Shown here: in pieces, positions 1 to 9,519 of the stretch
Numbering within the stretch: the stretch's first letter is position 1
Layout: each line of letters opens with the position of its first letter
Position numbers and translations under genes: made by a program
Origin: an uncultured Lachnospiraceae bacterium
Lineage (GTDB): Bacteria; Bacillota; Clostridia; Lachnospirales; Lachnospiraceae
Length of the DNA stretch: 64,000 nucleotides
Direction: 5' to 3'
NCBI GenBank assembly: GCA_949948735.1
Contig: CATLGV010000015.1
Coordinates: 17,025 to 81,024, forward strand
The notes under the pieces: model-generated
Seen by the model: only the letters and a program-made list of their open reading frames with translations
Databases searched by the model: none
Told to the model about the DNA's origin: nothing

Positions 1-1
1 C

Positions 2-712
2 GAACCGCTGCAGAAGATGCCGCAAATCGTTATTATTGTGGATGAGCTTGCGGATTTAATGATGGTGGCAGCAGGCGAGGTCGAGGAGAGCATCTGCCGT
101 CTGGCGCAGCTTGCAAGGGCCTGCGGGATTCATCTGGTCATTGCGACGCAGAGACCCTCGGTTGACGTCATTACGGGATTGATAAAGGCCAATATGCCCA
201 GCCGGATTGCGTTCAGCGTTTCAAGCGGTGTGGATTCGAGAACGATTCTGGATATGAACGGCGCCGAGAAGCTGTTGGGAAAAGGCGATATGCTGTTCTA
301 TCCGCAGGGATATACCAAGCCGGCGCGTGTACAGGGCGCTTTTGTATCGGATTCGGAGGTGTCGGATGTTGTTGACTTCCTGAAAAATCAAATGCTGGGC
401 AACCATACATATAATAACGAAATCGAAGAAAAGATCAAAACGATGCAGACCACAGGAGGTATGACAGGCGGCGCAGGCGGGGGCAGCGAAGTGGACGCCT
501 ATTTTGTGGAAGCCGGAAGGTTTGTAATCGAGAAGGATAAGGCGTCTATCGGCATGCTGCAAAGAGTGTTTAAGATCGGCTTTAACAGGGCCGCGCGTAT
601 TGTAGACCAGCTGGAGGATGCAGGCGTCGTAGGGGCAGAGGAAGGGACAAAGCCCAGACGTATCCTGATGAGCATGGAGCAGTTCGAAAATTATGTTGAA
701 GAAAATGTTTAA
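2..712 (+). CDS. ftsK: DNA translocase FtsK/SpoIIIE, C-terminal part (5' truncated by window edge)
   Basis: Walker [36 protein letters not shown] and C-terminal winged-helix gamma domain ([20 protein letters not shown]). Confidence 0.96.
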   Translation, partial: EPLQKMPQIVIIVDELADLMMVAAGEVEESICRLAQLARACGIHLVIATQRPSVDVITGLIKANMPSRIAFSVSSGVDSRTILDMNGAEKLLGKGDMLFYPQGYTKPARVQGAFVSDSEVSDVVDFLKNQMLGNHTYNNEIEEKIKTMQTTGGMTGGAGGGSEVDAYFVEAGRFVIEKDKASIGMLQRVFKIGFNRAARIVDQLEDAGVVGAEEGTKPRRILMSMEQFENYVEENV

Positions 713-792
713 ATCGATGGACAATCATACCGGTTCAATGGTATTCTTTTTGGTATGAATGCAGACTTGTATTGCAGGGAGGAGCGGACTGA

Positions 793-2463
793 ATGAAAAC
801 AGATATTGAGATTGCGCAGGAAGCGAAGCTATATCCGATTGAGGACGTTGCCAAGGTATTGGGGATGACAGGCGATGATTTAGAGCTTTATGGAAAATAT
901 AAGGCGAAAATCTCCGATGAATATATAAAAAAGATACAGGAAAACAGGAACGGTAAGCTGATACTCGTGACGGCAATTAACCCGACGCCGGCAGGAGAGG
1001 GGAAAACGACCATCAGTATCGGTTTAGGCGAGGCCTTCGGGCAGCTTGGTAAGAAGGCCGTGCTCGCGCTGCGGGAGCCTTCTCTGGGACCCTGCTTTGG
1101 GATCAAGGGCGGCGCGGCAGGCGGCGGCATGGCGCAGGTGGTGCCGATGGAGGATCTGAACCTTCACTTTACGGGTGATTTTCACGCGATTACCTCAGCA
1201 AATAACTTATGCGCGGCTCTGCTGGATAATCATATTCAGCAGGGAAACGAGCTGGGTATCGATACGCGGCAGATTGTGTGGAAGCGATGCCTGGATATGA
1301 ATGACAGGGTGCTTCGCAACGTGGTGGTCGGCATGGGCAGCAAGCTTGACGGCTTTGTCCGTGAGGATCATTTCGTGATAACGGTTGCTTCGGAAATCAT
1401 GGCTGTGCTTTGTCTGGCGGAGGATATGGCGGATTTAAAGGCGCGCCTTGACCGGATGGTGGTTGCCTATAATTATCAGGGGGAGCCTGTGACCGCGGGG
1501 CAGATTAAAGCGACCGGGGCGATGGCGGCATTGCTCAAGGACGCAATGAAGCCGAATCTGATACAGACGCTGGAGCATACGCCGGCGATCATACACGGGG
1601 GGCCGTTTGCCAACATCGCACATGGCTGTAACAGCGTTCGCGCGACGAAGGCGGCGTTGAAGATGGCGGATTATGTTGTGACGGAGGCGGGCTTTGGCGC
1701 GGATCTCGGCGCAGAGAAGTTCTTTGATATTAAATGCCGTCAGGCAGGGCTTTCGCCGGATGCGGTGGTTCTGGTAGCGACGGTCCGTGCGCTGAAATAT
1801 AACGGCGGCGCGGCGAAGGATGCATTGTCCGCGGAGAATATGGCGGCACTGGAAAAGGGCATTGTCAATCTGGAGAAGCATATTGAAAATCTGCAAAAGT
1901 ATGGTGTGCCGGTAGTCGTGACCCTGAACGCCTTTGCGACGGATACGGAGAAGGAGACCGCATTTGTAGAGCGCTTCTGCAGGGAAAAGGGCTGTGATTT
2001 CGCATTGTCCAGCGTGTGGGAAAAGGGAGGCGCGGGCGGCATGGCGCTTGCGCAGGCAGTATTGGATACCCTGGAGAATAAAGAAAGCCGGTTTAAGCTG
2101 CTCTATGAGGATACGCTTCCCGTCTGTGAGAAGATTACCAGCGTCGCGAAGGAAATATATGGGGCAGCCGACGTCAGCTTTGCACCGGCCGCGTTAAATC
2201 AGATAAAGAGGCTGGAGGCTCTGGGCTTTGGAGCGCTTCCGGTATGTATGGCCAAGAATCAGTACTCACTTTCCGACGATCCGATGCTTCTTGGCAGGCC
2301 CACAGGCTTTACCATGAATGTGAGAGAGGTCTATGTATCGGCAGGAGCCGGATTTATTGTGGTACTTACGGGTGCGATTATGACGATGCCCGGGCTTCCC
2401 AGGCAGCCGGCCGCATATCAGATTGATGTGACAGCGGACGGGGTCATTACGGGGTTGTTCTGA
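793..2463 (+). CDS. fhs: Formate--tetrahydrofolate ligase
   Basis: [40 protein letters not shown] motifs; GGAGG RBS. Confidence 0.98.
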   Translation: MKTDIEIAQEAKLYPIEDVAKVLGMTGDDLELYGKYKAKISDEYIKKIQENRNGKLILVTAINPTPAGEGKTTISIGLGEAFGQLGKKAVLALREPSLGPCFGIKGGAAGGGMAQVVPMEDLNLHFTGDFHAITSANNLCAALLDNHIQQGNELGIDTRQIVWKRCLDMNDRVLRNVVVGMGSKLDGFVREDHFVITVASEIMAVLCLAEDMADLKARLDRMVVAYNYQGEPVTAGQIKATGAMAALLKDAMKPNLIQTLEHTPAIIHGGPFANIAHGCNSVRATKAALKMADYVVTEAGFGADLGAEKFFDIKCRQAGLSPDAVVLVATVRALKYNGGAAKDALSAENMAALEKGIVNLEKHIENLQKYGVPVVVTLNAFATDTEKETAFVERFCREKGCDFALSSVWEKGGAGGMALAQAVLDTLENKESRFKLLYEDTLPVCEKITSVAKEIYGAADVSFAPAALNQIKRLEALGFGALPVCMAKNQYSLSDDPMLLGRPTGFTMNVREVYVSAGAGFIVVLTGAIMTMPGLPRQPAAYQIDVTADGVITGLF

Positions 2464-2508
2464 TACCGTATATCGGGAATGCCGCCGTGCGGTATTATGG
2501 AGGATGGC

Positions 2509-3960
2509 ATGAAATGTCCGAAATGTGGAAATGAATTGGAAGAGGGAAAGCTGCTTTGTGAGAAATGCGGCGAGGAGGTAAGGTTTGTCCCGGTTTTTGA
2601 TATTGAGCTGGAGGCGAAGCTGTCCGAGTCGATTACTTCAATGCTGAAGGAAATGTCTACAGAGGCGTTTGCGGATTCCGACGATGAAGACGGGACGCAG
2701 ACAGGGCGGCAGCGCCCGTCCATTCACATAAAACCCGGTTACGTCATTGCGGCGGGGATGGTACTTCTGACGATAGCAGTCGTAAGCCTGACGGCAGTGA
2801 TAACGGCATCGGGGAATAGAAAAAGAGAAAATTCGTACGAGTATCAGTACGAGCAGGCGACTGCATGCGCAGCGGAAAGCAACTACAAGGATGCGGTTTA
2901 TCACTTGGAGCGGGCGCTTGCGATAAACGATGATTTAGATACAAGGCTGCTGCTGGCAAAATATTATGATGCGGACGGACAGCGGCCCCGTACGGTTTCG
3001 CTCTTAAAGGAAATTCTGAATGCGGACAGCGGTTATGAGCATCGGGATGAGGCATACGCCCTGCTGCTTGCGATATACGAGGAGGAGGGGGCGTATGACC
3101 GTATAAACGCGCTGCTGGCCGACTGCGATATACCGGAGCTTGTCTCAAAATATGCCCAATATACGGCGCCGGTTCCGGAATTTAACAAAACCGGAGGCGT
3201 ATATGACGAGGCGGCATCGATTACGCTCACGGGGAAGGGGCAGGGAACCATCTATTATACGTTGGACGGTTCAGAGCCGACAAGCGACGCACCGGTTTAT
3301 GAGACGCCGATTCTGTTAGAGGCGGGCGATTACATTGTCCGTGCCCGGTTTGTTAACCAATACGGTATCGAGAGTGAGATTGCTTCTCAGAGCTACTATA
3401 TCAGCCTGCCGGCTCCGCCGCCGCCGGACATCAACTGCGACAGCGGCACCTATGAGCGGCCGGCGCTGATAGAGGTATATCACGACGATAACACGACGAT
3501 ATATTATACATCCGACGGATCCGTGCCGACAAAAAGCAGCACCCGCTATTCGGATCCGATAGAGATGCCATACGGAATCAGCAATTTTGCCTTTATAGCG
3601 GTCAGTGATTCCGGACTGTGCAGCGAGGTGGTAAACCGCTCTTATCAGATGAGTATTCAGGCAAATTTCACGGCGGAGGCGGCGCTGCAGGTATTACGGA
3701 ACAATCTGTGGGCCGGCGGGATCATTATCGACACGGAAGGCCATTTGGAAAACAAGCCCGGAACGAACAGGTATTATATCGGGACGCTGGCAAGCGTCGG
3801 GGAAGCGGTCTACTATATTATATATGAAGAGTATATAGATTTGGAGGGGAATGCCGGCGATACGAACAGCATTTACGCAGTCGATGTAAACACGGCAGAT
3901 GTGTATCAGGCATACAAGGTCGACGAGGGGAAATATGATCTGAGAGCGTTTTCCTATTGA
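2509..3960 (+). CDS. Membrane-anchored protein: zinc ribbon, TM helix, TPR-like region, two Fn3-associated/chitobiase-C-like repeats
   Basis: CPKC..CEKC at N-terminus; hydrophobic stretch; repeats IYYTLDGSEPT and IYYTSDGSVPT; start chosen at ATG 2509 after GGAGG. Confidence 0.8.
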   Translation: MKCPKCGNELEEGKLLCEKCGEEVRFVPVFDIELEAKLSESITSMLKEMSTEAFADSDDEDGTQTGRQRPSIHIKPGYVIAAGMVLLTIAVVSLTAVITASGNRKRENSYEYQYEQATACAAESNYKDAVYHLERALAINDDLDTRLLLAKYYDADGQRPRTVSLLKEILNADSGYEHRDEAYALLLAIYEEEGAYDRINALLADCDIPELVSKYAQYTAPVPEFNKTGGVYDEAASITLTGKGQGTIYYTLDGSEPTSDAPVYETPILLEAGDYIVRARFVNQYGIESEIASQSYYISLPAPPPPDINCDSGTYERPALIEVYHDDNTTIYYTSDGSVPTKSSTRYSDPIEMPYGISNFAFIAVSDSGLCSEVVNRSYQMSIQANFTAEAALQVLRNNLWAGGIIIDTEGHLENKPGTNRYYIGTLASVGEAVYYIIYEEYIDLEGNAGDTNSIYAVDVNTADVYQAYKVDEGKYDLRAFSY

Positions 3961-3985
3961 AATTGTCCTGTTTTTCGGATACAAT
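3957..3985 (+). promoter_or_regulatory. Sigma-A-type promoter of nfnAB-like operon
   Basis: TTGAAA-17 bp-TACAAT. Confidence 0.7.
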
Positions 3986-3992
3986 GAAAAAG

Positions 3993-4010
3993 ATGTTAAA
4001 TTTTAAACAA
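3993..4010. promoter_or_regulatory. Probable Rex (NADH/NAD+ sensor) operator
   Basis: ATGTTAA-ATTT-TAAACAA, two mismatches to clostridial Rex consensus TTGTTAANNNNTTAACAA, just downstream of the -10 of a redox operon. Confidence 0.65.
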
Positions 4011-4099
4011 TTTAAAGCGTGCAGCTTCCTTTGATGAAAAGGAGCATGCCGGCGCCCATGATGGTAAGTGAGAATGAGAAAGGTATGGTGAAGGTGCAG

Positions 4100-4984
4100 A
4101 TGTACAAGATTATGGAAGCGAAAGAGCTTGCTGCCAATATTTACTGGATGGTAGTTGAAGCGCCCCGTGTGGCGAAAAACTGCCAGCCCGGGCAGTTTGT
4201 GATTGTCAGGATAGATAAGGACGGAGAGCGGATTCCGCTTACAATCTGCGATTATAACAGGACGGACGGAACGATAACCATCGTGTTTCAGACTGTGGGC
4301 GCCGAGACGACGAGGATGGCGGCATTAAAGACGGGCGATTCCTTCCAGGATTTTGTCGGGCCCTTGGGATGCGCGTCGGAGCTGATAAGCGAAGAGAAGG
4401 AAAAGCTTGCGCAAAAGAAGATCTTGTTTGTTGCGGGCGGCGTCGGTACGGCGCCGGTGTATCCGCAGGTGAAGTGGCTGCATGAGAACGGTGTTGCCGC
4501 GGATGTGATTGTGGGCGCTAAGAATAAAGAGCTGATCATCCTTGAGAAGGAGATGGAGGCGGTTGCCGGGAACCTGTATGTGACAACGGATGACGGCTCC
4601 TACGGCCGTAAAGGCATGGTGACGCAGACAATACAGGATCTGGTGGATGAAGGAAAGCAGTATGATCTGTGCATCGCGATTGGCCCGATGATTATGATGA
4701 AATTCGTATGTAAGCTGACAAAGGAGCTGAATATCCCTACGGTAGTGAGCCTGAATCCGATTATGGTTGACGGAACGGGGATGTGCGGCGCATGCCGTGT
4801 GACGGTTGGCGATAAGGTGAAATTTGCCTGTGTTGACGGCCCCGAGTTCGACGGGCATCTTGTGAACTTTGACGAGGCGATGAAGCGGCAGCAGATTTAT
4901 AAGACTGCGGAGGGCAGAGCGATGCTGCGGCTGCAGGAGGGCGACACCCACCACGGCGGATGCGGACAGTGTGGAGAGGCTTAA
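4100..4984 (+). CDS. nfnA: NfnA-like FAD/NAD-binding 2Fe-2S subunit (ferredoxin-NADP+ reductase / sulfide dehydrogenase beta family)
   Basis: PGQFVIVR, ERIPLTI, GGVGTAP, MVDGTGMCGACR..CVDGPEF; adjacent to NfnB-like gene. Confidence 0.88.
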   Translation: MYKIMEAKELAANIYWMVVEAPRVAKNCQPGQFVIVRIDKDGERIPLTICDYNRTDGTITIVFQTVGAETTRMAALKTGDSFQDFVGPLGCASELISEEKEKLAQKKILFVAGGVGTAPVYPQVKWLHENGVAADVIVGAKNKELIILEKEMEAVAGNLYVTTDDGSYGRKGMVTQTIQDLVDEGKQYDLCIAIGPMIMMKFVCKLTKELNIPTVVSLNPIMVDGTGMCGACRVTVGDKVKFACVDGPEFDGHLVNFDEAMKRQQIYKTAEGRAMLRLQEGDTHHGGCGQCGEA

Positions 4985-5071
4985 TTGAACTCAGGACGAT
5001 AAAAGAAATGCCTGAATTTGCGAAATCATTAACGGAGGCAAAATTTGTGACGCTTCGGAATGGAGGAAATA

Positions 5072-6457
5072 ATGGATGTTTTAAAGAAGATACCGGTTCG
5101 GGAGCAGGATGCGGCTGCCAGAGCCAAAAATTTTGATGAGGTATGCCTTGGCTATAATAAAGAAGAGGCGATGGAGGAGTCGGTGCGCTGCATCAACTGT
5201 AAAAACGCGAAATGTATTCAGGGATGCCCGGTTGCGATTAATATTCCTGCGTTTATCGAGCAGGTAAAGCTGGGAAATATAGAGGAGGCCTACAGAATAA
5301 TCAGTGAATCGTCGGCGCTTCCGGCAGTCTGCGGCCGTGTGTGTCCGCAGGAGAGCCAGTGTGAGGGACAGTGTATCCGGGGGATTAAGGGCGAGCCGAT
5401 ATCGATTGGCAAGCTGGAGCGCTTTGTAGCGGACTGGGCGCGGGAGAACAACATAAAGCCGGCGCCGGCCAGGGAGAAGCTGGGGAAGAAGGTTGCGGTA
5501 ATCGGTTCCGGTCCTGCGGGGCTTACCTGCGCGGGGGATCTGGCGAAGCTTGGGTACGATGTGACGATTTTTGAGGCGCTTCACGAGGCAGGCGGTGTGC
5601 TGGTATACGGAATACCGGAGTTCAGACTGCCCAAGGAGGACGTGGTTGCAAAGGAAATCGCAAACGTGGAGTCTCTCGGCGTAAAGATTGAGAAAAACGT
5701 GATTGTCGGCAAGTCTGTTACGATTGACGAGCTGATGTCGGAGGAGGGCTTTGAGGCCGTATTTATCGGCTCCGGCGCGGGACTGCCCAAATTTATGGGC
5801 ATCCCCGGAGAGAACGCAAACGGCGTATTTTCCGCGAATGAATATCTTACAAGAAGCAATCTGATGAAGTCGTTTGACGAAAATGCGAATACGCCGATTA
5901 TGAGAGGCAAAAAGGTCGCGGTGGTCGGCGGCGGAAACGTGGCGATGGATGCCGCGCGTACGGCGCTCCGCCTTGGCGCAGAGGTGCATATCGTGTACCG
6001 CAGGAGTGAGGAGGAGCTTCCTGCAAGAGTGGAGGAGGTGCATCACGCGAAGGAGGAAGGTATCATTTTTGATCTTCTGACGAATCCCATTGAGATCCTT
6101 GAGGATGAGAATAACTGGGTCAGAGGCATGCGCTGCATCCGGATGGAGCTTGGCGAGCCGGACGCGTCCGGCAGGCGCAGGCCGGTAGAGGTGCCCGGCA
6201 GTGAGTTTGAAATGGAGCTGGATACGGTAATTATGTCCCTTGGAACATCCCCGAATCCGCTGATTTCGTCTACGACAGAGGGCCTTGAGACAAATAAATG
6301 GAAATGCATCGTGGCGGACGAGACCTTTGGCAAGACGACAAAAGAGGGCGTATTTGCAGGCGGAGACGCTGTGACGGGCGCGGCGACGGTTATCCTTGCG
6401 ATGGGCGCCGGCAAAGCGGCGGCAAAGGGAATCCACGAATATTTATCCACAAAATAA
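5072..6457 (+). CDS. nfnB: NfnB-like subunit (GltD-like NADPH-dependent flavoprotein; often annotated homotetrameric glutamate synthase)
   Basis: RCINC..CIQGCP, CGRVCPQESQCE, GSGPAG, GGGNVAMD, GVFAGGD. Confidence 0.88.
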   Translation: MDVLKKIPVREQDAAARAKNFDEVCLGYNKEEAMEESVRCINCKNAKCIQGCPVAINIPAFIEQVKLGNIEEAYRIISESSALPAVCGRVCPQESQCEGQCIRGIKGEPISIGKLERFVADWARENNIKPAPAREKLGKKVAVIGSGPAGLTCAGDLAKLGYDVTIFEALHEAGGVLVYGIPEFRLPKEDVVAKEIANVESLGVKIEKNVIVGKSVTIDELMSEEGFEAVFIGSGAGLPKFMGIPGENANGVFSANEYLTRSNLMKSFDENANTPIMRGKKVAVVGGGNVAMDAARTALRLGAEVHIVYRRSEEELPARVEEVHHAKEEGIIFDLLTNPIEILEDENNWVRGMRCIRMELGEPDASGRRRPVEVPGSEFEMELDTVIMSLGTSPNPLISSTTEGLETNKWKCIVADETFGKTTKEGVFAGGDAVTGAATVILAMGAGKAAAKGIHEYLSTK

Positions 6458-6519
6458 TTCCATCTGTGAGAGTCAGGCTGGATGCTTTGGGAGCGTTCAA
6501 CCGCACAGGTGGGAATAAT
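6457..6519 (+). other. Long imperfect stem-loop after nfnB
   Basis: ATTCCATCTGTG...CACAGGTGGGAAT outer arms with inner GGCTGGATGCT/AGCGTTCAACC stem. Confidence 0.45.
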
Positions 6520-6595
6520 TTCATGGAAAACGTGTGTCCGCATGCATGCGGCAGAGGCTGGAAAGGATATGCGGCGCATGTAAACGGAGAGAATA

Positions 6596-7102
6596 ATGGC
6601 GAGAAATGATTCGGGAAAAGTTTATCAGGATAAAAGGACAAAGGCAGAGGACTTCAAAAGCTCTGCCTATACTCTTTTTATAGTGGGCGTTTTGGGGATA
6701 GCGGCTTTGGTGCTGATAGAGACGGGGCTTCTGCCGTTTCAGCTGGCGGCGCCGGGGAAATATATCACCTATGTCGTGATGGGGGCGTTGTTCGTGATAT
6801 TTATTGTTATGGGCATTTCCTCCTTTGTGTCTGCGAAAAAATACGCGGGAGAAGCGGAGACGGAAGATGCTCTGACCGCAAGGATAAAGGAATGGGTGCG
6901 GGCCAATATGACGGCGGACGGAATAAGACAGCAGGCTGTATTTGGGGAGGACACCCCTGAAGAGGAGCGGTATTTTCAGTATTTTGACATGTTAAAGGAT
7001 GCTGTATCGCAGGAGTTTGGCGCAATGAATACCTCTTATCTGGAGGCTGTCTGTGAAGAGCTCTATGCGGAGCTGTTCGAGAGTGTGGACGGCGAGAGCT
7101 GA
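6596..7102 (+). CDS. Hypothetical membrane protein (2 TM)
   Basis: 168 aa ORF with GGAG RBS and two hydrophobic helices. Confidence 0.75.
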   Translation: MARNDSGKVYQDKRTKAEDFKSSAYTLFIVGVLGIAALVLIETGLLPFQLAAPGKYITYVVMGALFVIFIVMGISSFVSAKKYAGEAETEDALTARIKEWVRANMTADGIRQQAVFGEDTPEEERYFQYFDMLKDAVSQEFGAMNTSYLEAVCEELYAELFESVDGES

Positions 7103-7143
7103 TAAAGCGGCAGGGCCGCGCTGTCGTGGAAACGGGAGGCAGG

Positions 7144-7623
7144 ATGAATATAACCCTTGTTACGGTGGGGAAGATAAAGGAAACGTATTACCGGGACGCT
7201 GTCGCGGAGTACGCAAAACGGCTTTCGAGGTACTGTAAGCTTGAGCTAATTGAGGTCGCGGATGAGAAGACGCCCGATAAGGCCTCTGCGGTTTTGGAAA
7301 ACCAGATTAAACAGCGGGAAGCGGAGCGGATTATGCGGCACGTTCGGGACGACGCGTACTGTATTGCGCTGGAGATAGACGGAAAACCATATGATTCCGT
7401 GGGATTTGCAGAGCATATTGAGGCGTTGGGGCTTTCCGGCAAAAGCAATATCGCGTTTGTGATAGGAGGCTCTTTGGGCCTCCATCAAAGCGTGCTGCAA
7501 AGAGCCAACGAGCGTATTAGCTTCTCTGCGATGACCTTCCCGCACCAGCTGATGCGCGTTATTTTGTTAGAGCAGATTTACAGAGGGTATCGGATTATCA
7601 ATGGAGAGCCGTATCATAAGTAA
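7144..7623 (+). CDS. rlmH: 23S rRNA pseudouridine(1915)-N3-methyltransferase
   Basis: MNITLVTVGKIKE, FVIGGSLG, SAMTFPHQLMRVILLEQIYR, C-terminal GEPYHK. Confidence 0.97.
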   Translation: MNITLVTVGKIKETYYRDAVAEYAKRLSRYCKLELIEVADEKTPDKASAVLENQIKQREAERIMRHVRDDAYCIALEIDGKPYDSVGFAEHIEALGLSGKSNIAFVIGGSLGLHQSVLQRANERISFSAMTFPHQLMRVILLEQIYRGYRIINGEPYHK

Positions 7624-7687
7624 GGGCGAAATATTGCAGGATACCAGGAAACATATCTAAAAGAAGCTGTGGAAGGACGGGCATAAT

Positions 7688-8134
7688 ATGTATATCAGGA
7701 AAGCAAAACGTACGGACGCAAATGATTTAAAGATTTTATATTTTGAATATCTGACACATTTCCCTCCCAAAGAAGAGCAGGATATGTTTTTATGGGAACA
7801 ACTTCTTGATAAGTTTGAGAAGGATGAGAACATGCATTTATTGGTGATAGAAGAAGACGGGAAAGTTGTTTCTTCTGTACAAATGGCAATCATTGAGAGC
7901 CTGACACATAATATCAGACCCTTTGCAGTCATTGAGAACGTTGTGACACGTGCGGACTGCAGAAACAAGGGATATGCATCGGCATTGCTGGAGAAAGCGT
8001 CAGAAATAGCCAGAGAACACAGATGCTATAAGGTTTTTCTGGAAACCGGTTCAAATAAAGAGAGCACCTTAAATTTTTACAGAAAGAACGGGTTTGAAAT
8101 AGATCAGAAACATTCCTGCCTGAAAAGACTGTGA
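7688..8134 (+). CDS. GNAT family N-acetyltransferase
   Basis: IENVVTRADCRNKGYASALL motif A and FYRKNGF. Confidence 0.9.
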   Translation: MYIRKAKRTDANDLKILYFEYLTHFPPKEEQDMFLWEQLLDKFEKDENMHLLVIEEDGKVVSSVQMAIIESLTHNIRPFAVIENVVTRADCRNKGYASALLEKASEIAREHRCYKVFLETGSNKESTLNFYRKNGFEIDQKHSCLKRL

Positions 8135-8201
8135 TGCGATATGCGCTGAGATGGTGGTACATATCCAGGTTTTGGGATTATGGGGATAGGTTTTCAACTT
8201 A

Positions 8202-8230
8202 TTGTATTTTGCCGGGATGCTGTGTATAAT
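8202..8230 (+). promoter_or_regulatory. Sigma-A promoter of Rpn gene
   Basis: TTGTAT-17 bp-TATAAT. Confidence 0.65.
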
Positions 8231-8305
8231 AGGAGTAAGAGATGACAGAGGTTTGAAACACACAGCGTTTTCCGGCAGTATTTTTGGAAGAAAGCAGGTT
8301 AAGGA

Positions 8306-9127
8306 ATGGAAAACATTGATACAAAACAGACTCAATGGGAAGATTTGAGTATATCCAATGACTTCCTGTTTGGCAAGGTCATGCAGAATCCGGAGCTGTG
8401 CAAAGAGTTATTGCAGAGGATTCTTCCGGATTTGAAAATTGACCGTATTGAATATCCGGAACTGCAGAAGAGTATCAATGTTGATATGGACGCTCATAGT
8501 GTCAGACTGGATGTGTATGTAAAGGACGACAGGGAGACTATTTACGATATAGAAATGCAGGTCAGCGATACAAAGGAACTGCCGAAAAGAAGCAGATATT
8601 ATCAGGGAATGATTGACCTGCAGCTTGTGGATGCGGGACAGCATTATAAAAAACTGAACAAAAGCTATATCATATTTATCTGTCCCTTTGATTTATACGG
8701 GAAAGGACGGCATATCTATACCTTTGAAAATATCTGTAAAGAAGACAACAGTATTTCTATGGGCGACGAAGCCGTAAAGATATTTCTGAACGCAGATGGT
8801 ACAATGGATGATGTCAGCAGGGAGTTAAAGGCATTTCTGGACTATGTGGCAGGGCAGAAGCCGGAGGATTCCTATGTTGAGAAGCTGGAAGAAGCTGTGC
8901 AGGAAGCCAAGAAAAACAGGGAATGGAGGCGTGAGTATATGACGTTGTTGATGCGAGACCAGGAGAACCAGAGAATCGGAGAAAAACGTGGAGAAAAACG
9001 TGGAGAAGAAAGATTGGCTAAATTAATATTATTATTAAATGAGGATAGCAGGTCATCAGATGTTATCAGGGTATTACAGGATAAAGAATATCGCCAGAGC
9101 CTTTATTTAGAATATCACATTATCTAA
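8306..9127 (+). CDS. Rpn family recombination-promoting nuclease / PD-(D/E)XK putative transposase
   Basis: NDFLFGKVM, VRLDVYV, YDIEMQ, PKRSRYY, YIIFICPFD and low-complexity C-terminal tail. Confidence 0.93.
   Translation: MENIDTKQTQWEDLSISNDFLFGKVMQNPELCKELLQRILPDLKIDRIEYPELQKSINVDMDAHSVRLDVYVKDDRETIYDIEMQVSDTKELPKRSRYYQGMIDLQLVDAGQHYKKLNKSYIIFICPFDLYGKGRHIYTFENICKEDNSISMGDEAVKIFLNADGTMDDVSRELKAFLDYVAGQKPEDSYVEKLEEAVQEAKKNREWRREYMTLLMRDQENQRIGEKRGEKRGEERLAKLILLLNEDSRSSDVIRVLQDKEYRQSLYLEYHII
8939..9127 (+). CDS. Putative internally translated small Rpn C-terminal protein (RpnS-like antitoxin, 62 aa)
   Basis: GGAGG at 8925-8929 followed 9 nt later by an in-frame ATG at 8939. Confidence 0.6.
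   Translation: MTLLMRDQENQRIGEKRGEKRGEERLAKLILLLNEDSRSSDVIRVLQDKEYRQSLYLEYHII
8978..9010 (+). repeat. 12-bp tandem repeat (GGAGAAAAACGT x2 plus partial) encoding GEKR repeats
   Basis: ggagaaaaacgt ggagaaaaacgt ggagaagaa. Confidence 0.85.
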
Positions 9128-9134
9128 GGAGTAT

Positions 9135-9170
9135 AACAGGGCAGAGCATACCAGATGTTCTGCCTTGTTT
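9135..9170 (+). terminator. Intrinsic terminator after Rpn gene
   Basis: AACAGGGCAGAGCAT-accag-ATGTTCTGCCTTGTTT hairpin with G-U pairs. Confidence 0.7.
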
Positions 9171-9206
9171 GGCAATCAGCCTGACGGGGATAAAAAGGAG
9201 AACGGG

Positions 9207-9331
9207 ATGAAAATAGCGACCTACAATATCCCGTGTTAAAGAAATGTAGACTATTTGGCAGAGCGCTTTGTAAGGAAACAGGACTTGCGCCAAGCGACCA
9301 TTACGGAGTATATGCTGAGCTGGAATTCTGA
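9207..9331 (+). pseudogene. Internally deleted endonuclease/exonuclease/phosphatase (EEP) family gene remnant
   Basis: AAGGAG RBS plus MKIATYNI (EEP N-terminus) fused out of frame to YPVLKKCRLFGRALCKETGLAPSDHYGVYAELEF* (EEP SDH C-terminus). Confidence 0.75.
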
Positions 9332-9519
9332 AAGAAGGATTGATGGGCGAAGCAGAGAAGGCAATCCGCGAACAGACTTAACCTGAAGTTGAATTCTGTA
9401 TTTAAAATGCAACTTTGCAAGTATGGTAAAGGCATCCGAATTTCCCTATAATAAAGAAAAAACGTATTGTTATTTTTTCTGTTGAGAGGCAGAAATAAAT
9501 AACATGAAAGGAGTCGGAG

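Noticed and set aside
713-792. THF or ZTP riboswitch upstream of fhs
   Set aside because: Only 80 bp with a simple TCATACC/GGTATGA hairpin; conserved aptamer motifs not recognised
5081-6436. Long antisense ORFs (451 aa here; also 19046-19975, 28561-29421, 35938-36789 and others)
   Set aside because: Shadows of real genes on the opposite strand, with no motifs or RBS
8978-9010. CRISPR array
   Set aside because: Short coding tandem repeat without spacers; no repeat-spacer array or cas genes seen in the window
8306-9127. Insertion sequence around the Rpn 'putative transposase'
   Set aside because: No terminal inverted repeats or target duplication; Rpn proteins are not demonstrated IS transposases
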